This document shows positions 60,259-64,000 of a DNA stretch of 64,000 nucleotides, in pieces. Below the pieces are notes generated by a model. The model saw nothing but the letters and a program-made list of their open reading frames with translations, was not told the DNA's origin and searched no databases. Location of the stretch: positions 256,001 through 320,000 of the forward strand of contig JBMNFY010000008.1 in the NCBI GenBank assembly GCA_050949565.1, read 5' to 3'. Positions within the stretch are counted from its first letter, which is position 1. The number at the start of each line of letters is the position of its first letter. The DNA is from Kiritimatiellia bacterium. Lineage in GTDB: Bacteria; Verrucomicrobiota; Kiritimatiellia; RFP12; UBA1067. The translations under genes were made by a program, and so were the position numbers.

Positions 60259-61529
60259 ACCTGCTGGAAATGGCCCGGACTGTCTATGCGAGTCTGACGC
60301 GGCATCTGGTACGATCGCTGTTGGCCACACTCGGCATTGTGCTGGGTATCGCCGCAGTCGTGGCTATGTTGGCCATCGGTGAGGGCGGACGACGCGAAGC
60401 CCTGCATCAGATCGAATCGCAGGGTGTCGACAACATCATCCTGCGTTCGGTGAAGCCGGCTGAAGGCAACGTGACGCAGACGACCCGTTCGTACACCCAG
60501 CGCTACGGCATCACGCAGCGCGATGTCGAGCACATCGCCGCCGTTTTCGAAAATGTGCGCCTGCTCGTGCCAGTCATGGAAGTGCGGCGGGAAATCTTTC
60601 TGGGACAGGCATCCACCGACATCAAAGCCATCGCGACCACGCCAGACTTTCTGGAGGTGACGCGCTGTCGGCTGGTGGACAGACGCAGCCGCTTTTTGGC
60701 GCCGACCGACGGCAAAATCCTTGACCCGATCTGCGTGGTCGGCGTCAAGGCCGCGCGTCGACTCTTCGGCCACCGCGATCCCATCGGCCAAACCATTGCC
60801 ATCGGCAACGCCTCCTTCCGCGTGGTGGGATTGATGGAGAGTCCGGGGGGCGGTCGCATCGGCGGGCAACTCGAACTCAACAACATCGTCTGCATGCCGT
60901 TGGAGACGGCCACGTCTCTCTGGGGCGGCATCACTGTCCGGATGGGGCGCGGCATGGCGGAGCGGGTGGATTACGATTACCTCTATCTCGCGGCAAAAAA
61001 CGTCAATGCGATTCCCAGCACAGCCGGCCGACTGCGCACCTACCTGCGCGAGACACATGCGCAAGTCGACTACGAGGTGCAAGTCCCTTACGAGCTACTG
61101 CAAAGCGCGCAGCGCACGCAACGCATCTTCACCGTGGTGATGACATCAATCGCCGCGATCTCCCTGCTGGTAGGCGGTATCGGCATCATGAATATCATGC
61201 TCGCCAACATCTTCGAGCGGACGCGCGAGATCGGTGTGCGGCGTGCGCTGGGCGCACGCAAGCGCGACATCCTCTGGCAGTTCCTCGCCGAGTCGGTGCT
61301 GCTGACCTCCATCGGCGGCGGGCTCGGTGCCGGACTGGGTATTGCGACCGCCGCTGCCGCCGAATGGATTTCACGCATGGGCGGCGAAACCGGTCTCAAG
61401 GCCGTGGTGACCTCCGAATCGCTGATTGTCGCGCTGGCGGTCTCCGTCATCACGGGAATCACCTTCGGGACGCACCCGGCATGGAAGGCCGCGCAGCTCG
61501 ATCCTCTCACCGCGCTGCGGCACGAGTAG
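60255..61529 (+). CDS. MacB/FtsX-family ABC permease
   Basis: RSLLATLGIVLG, ISLLVGGIGIMNIML, ERTREIGVRRALGA, PAWKAAQLDP. Confidence 0.93.
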   Translation: MNLLEMARTVYASLTRHLVRSLLATLGIVLGIAAVVAMLAIGEGGRREALHQIESQGVDNIILRSVKPAEGNVTQTTRSYTQRYGITQRDVEHIAAVFENVRLLVPVMEVRREIFLGQASTDIKAIATTPDFLEVTRCRLVDRRSRFLAPTDGKILDPICVVGVKAARRLFGHRDPIGQTIAIGNASFRVVGLMESPGGGRIGGQLELNNIVCMPLETATSLWGGITVRMGRGMAERVDYDYLYLAAKNVNAIPSTAGRLRTYLRETHAQVDYEVQVPYELLQSAQRTQRIFTVVMTSIAAISLLVGGIGIMNIMLANIFERTREIGVRRALGARKRDILWQFLAESVLLTSIGGGLGAGLGIATAAAAEWISRMGGETGLKAVVTSESLIVALAVSVITGITFGTHPAWKAAQLDPLTALRHE

Positions 61530-62118
61530 GCTAAGGATGCGCCAGCATCCTTAGCCAAGGAGGATTTAGGAGTTAGGATTTAGGAGTTTTCGACTTCAGA
61601 GTTCAGAGTTCAGAGTTCGACGTTCAGCGTTCAGAGTTAAAAAACTTTTAACGCCCAACGCCCAACTTTCAACGCTCAAATGGGCGGCGCATGCGCCGCC
61701 GGGCAAGCAGACGCTTGCCCCTCCCGGCGCTCCGCAATGAAACCTGAAACCATCCTTCCGTACAGCGGAAGGCGACTCGTGGGGACACTCGCCCTCCCAA
61801 TCAGGTCAGTCGGGTCAATCAGGTCAAAAATGAAACCATGGAACACGGGCAAGATGCCCGTGCCACACCCTTTTGCAAGGCACATTGTTGCGGGCGAGGA
61901 CGCCCGCGCTCCCGACTCTTTGCTCCCCTTTTCACCAGAAACGCATGATCCTTCGCACATCCCTATCACTACCGATTACGGCTGGATTGAACATTGAACG
62001 TTGAGCGTTTTTGCCTATACTACACGAAGTTTTTTGGAGCACTGCTCGGGTGTTTCACGCGAAGGCGCAAAGACGCGAAGGCTGGAGGGCGAGAGTCCCG
62101 CGAGCCGCCTTCCGCTAT
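61529..62118. repeat. Large repeat mosaic (at least 12 modules) upstream of the accessory Calx-beta gene
   Basis: 12-bp-stem palindrome 61529-61556, TTAGGAG, GAGTTCA and AACGCCC heptamers, REP-A, two REP-C, REP-B, TCAGGTCAA and CGCGAAG nonamers, and a 63-bp block shared with 43199-43260. Confidence 0.9.
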
Positions 62119-62164
62119 AGAGCAAAAGAGAACGGAACCGACACAACTCGAAGGAGCACGTGAA

Positions 62165-63508
62165 ATGAAAGCCAATGCGACGTATTTCATCCGGATTTTT
62201 TTCATGGCCATCGCAGGGACGGTGTTCGCGTTGCAGGCGGATGCCGCGCCCGACGTCTGGAGCCTGGAGGTCGTGAACAAATGGGCGCAGGCGCAGAGGA
62301 CTAGCGTCGGCAAAATCATCCGTGCCGTGCAGGGATGGAACGGCCGCCTGTATTCGGGTTTTGGCGACTACAATGCCAACACCGGGCCGATAACGCTAGC
62401 GGGATACGATCCCGTGACGAAAACATTTGACGAACCATTCGTCTTCACGACGGAGGCCGTGTACTATTTCACGCCGATTTTTGGACGCCTCTATGTGCCT
62501 CCGATCGATCCCAGCACGCATTCCGGCGTGGCCGTTCTTGATTACTCCAAAGGCTGGCAGTTCAAGAGCGTATATATGGAACACTGTTATGGCATTACAA
62601 CATTTAACGGCAAGGATTTGTGGATCGTGGGCTCTGGCGGCGACCATCTCTCGCATGCAAAACGCTCTGTTGACGACGGCAACACGTGGACGCTCGGATA
62701 TCAGGAAGTGTACCTCGACGACGACTACAGCCGCTTCTATTTTGTCGGCACGGTTGGCGGGAAAATGTATTTACAGAGCAGCTCGTCCGGCGCATGCAGT
62801 TCGTATGACGGCACGACATGGACAACGAACAGCTACGGCATCGGGCAGTACGGCAGCAAAACTTCCAGTTTTGCGGGGGTCATGGTTTTGAAGATCAATA
62901 ACTACCTCCATTCCTTCAATGGCACTGGTGCTCCCACGGCGGTGTCGCAAAACTACGTATGTGATTACGTGATTTCCGATGGGGCACTGTATACGCTGGG
63001 GTACGATAGAACGGTGATGCGCACAACCAACTTGCAGAATTGGACGACGTTGAGCACGAACGCTCCGTCGGATGCACATAGCATCGGCGTTCTGGGGCGC
63101 AAACTTTACGTCGGCACGAGAGTGGGCACGATGTGGACCTACAGCGAACCGCTCGACGCTAAACCGCCCGTATGGGTGGTTCCCGACGTGGACCGGACGA
63201 CCGAGGGCTCATCGTTCCCAGGCGTGTTCCGCATCAAGCGCGGCGGCGACCTCTCGCAACCGCTGACGGTGACCTACACGTTCTCAGGCGACGCAGAAAA
63301 CGGAGTGGATTTTGTGCAGCGTCCGCTCTCCGCCACAATCCCCGCCGGCGAGGCCTCCGTGACCGTCGAAATCTTGTCGTTGCGCGACGGGCTCGTCGAG
63401 GGGGACGAGCATGTGAACCTCGTCCTTGACGAAGGCACCGCCGCGTTCGCGGCCGAGTGCCCGCGCGACGCGCGCGTCATGATCGGCAACCAAGGGACAG
63501 GTATTTAG
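62165..63508 (+). CDS. Secreted beta-propeller-like protein with a C-terminal Calx-beta domain
   Basis: Signal peptide after GAAGGAG RBS; Asp-box SVDDGNTW; LTVTYTFSGDAENGVDF...TIPAGEAS...DGLVEGDE. Confidence 0.75.
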   Translation: MKANATYFIRIFFMAIAGTVFALQADAAPDVWSLEVVNKWAQAQRTSVGKIIRAVQGWNGRLYSGFGDYNANTGPITLAGYDPVTKTFDEPFVFTTEAVYYFTPIFGRLYVPPIDPSTHSGVAVLDYSKGWQFKSVYMEHCYGITTFNGKDLWIVGSGGDHLSHAKRSVDDGNTWTLGYQEVYLDDDYSRFYFVGTVGGKMYLQSSSSGACSSYDGTTWTTNSYGIGQYGSKTSSFAGVMVLKINNYLHSFNGTGAPTAVSQNYVCDYVISDGALYTLGYDRTVMRTTNLQNWTTLSTNAPSDAHSIGVLGRKLYVGTRVGTMWTYSEPLDAKPPVWVVPDVDRTTEGSSFPGVFRIKRGGDLSQPLTVTYTFSGDAENGVDFVQRPLSATIPAGEASVTVEILSLRDGLVEGDEHVNLVLDEGTAAFAAECPRDARVMIGNQGTGI

Positions 63509-63662
63509 ACGATTCACGTGTATCGGGCTCAAGCCCTACAACAAGGGGCGGGTGGCACCGTATTTCAAGGGGCTGAAGAAACTTGGATCTTAAGGATTTG
63601 GGATTTGAGATTTGCGCTCAACGCCGAAGCATGAAACCTTGAAACCAGTAACCTGAAACCAA
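63492..63662. repeat. Repeat mosaic starting with AAGGGACAGGTATTTAGAC
   Basis: 19-bp identity to 22668-22686; GGATTTG heptamers; TGAAACC octamers. Confidence 0.8.
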
Positions 63663-63692
63663 ACCTTATCTCACCGACCAGTGAGACAAGGG
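63655..63692 (-). terminator. Putative intrinsic terminator after ftsW/rodA
   Basis: Stem CCTTGTCTCAC / GTGAGATAAGG followed by TTTGGTTTC on the minus strand. Confidence 0.45.
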
Positions 63693-63694
63693 TG

Positions 63695-64000
63695 CTACAG
63701 CTTAATCGTCGCGTTCTTGACGACCTGCGTGTGCATGCGTTCGTCAGACACATCGACGTGCCGCCCGATGTTCACCAGAGTTCCCACAGCCAACATCGCG
63801 GTGATCAGGTTTGTGCCCCCGTAACTCATGAACGGCAATGCTAGTCCTTTGGTGGGCAGGCAACCGGTTACGACGCCGATGTTGAAGCCCGCCTGAAAGA
63901 CGAGCAGCACCGTCATGCCGAAAGCCAGCATGCGTCCGAGCCGGTCGGGGGCGCGCTGACTGATGCGGATGCCGCACACGAGAATGAGCACGAAGGCCAA
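63695..64000 (-). CDS. ftsW: FtsW/RodA (SEDS) peptidoglycan polymerase, 3' end only
   Basis: QAGFNIGVVTGCLPTKGLALPFMSYGGTN (PTKG is FtsW-like); truncated by the window edge. Confidence 0.85.
   Translation of the reverse strand: MAFVLILVCGIRISQRAPDRLGRMLAFGMTVLLVFQAGFNIGVVTGCLPTKGLALPFMSYGGTNLITAMLAVGTLVNIGRHVDVSDERMHTQVVKNATIKL

Overview
GC-rich bacterial chromosomal window (genetic code 11). Gene content and protein style suggest Kiritimatiellae/PVC; this is inference only, since there is no rRNA here. The core genes are efp, dapF (frameshifted), prc, aspS, ackA-pta, tkt, fucP, a PhoH-like gene, pgpA, sodB, pdxA, ilvE, dciA, pfp, a pmm/pgm, a GldAFG-like plus MacB-like ABC operon, the 3' end of ftsW/rodA, tRNA-Gly(TCC) and tRNA-Leu(CAA). 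Accessory genes include large secreted glycan-active proteins, a fused restriction-modification enzyme and a complete 1457-bp IS with a 5-bp target duplication. The most striking feature is non-coding. Most of the longer intergenic regions are combinatorial mosaics of about 20 reusable short modules: four REP-like hairpin families, 6/7/8/9/13-14-mer tandem arrays, 60-140 bp shared blocks and a 101-bp MITE. These modules are reordered and inverted between loci, bracket the accessory genes, supply stop codons and one Shine-Dalgarno site, sit in frame inside two proteins, and form the IS landing site. No CRISPR array, rRNA or prophage was seen. All product calls come from motif recognition by eye, with no database search.
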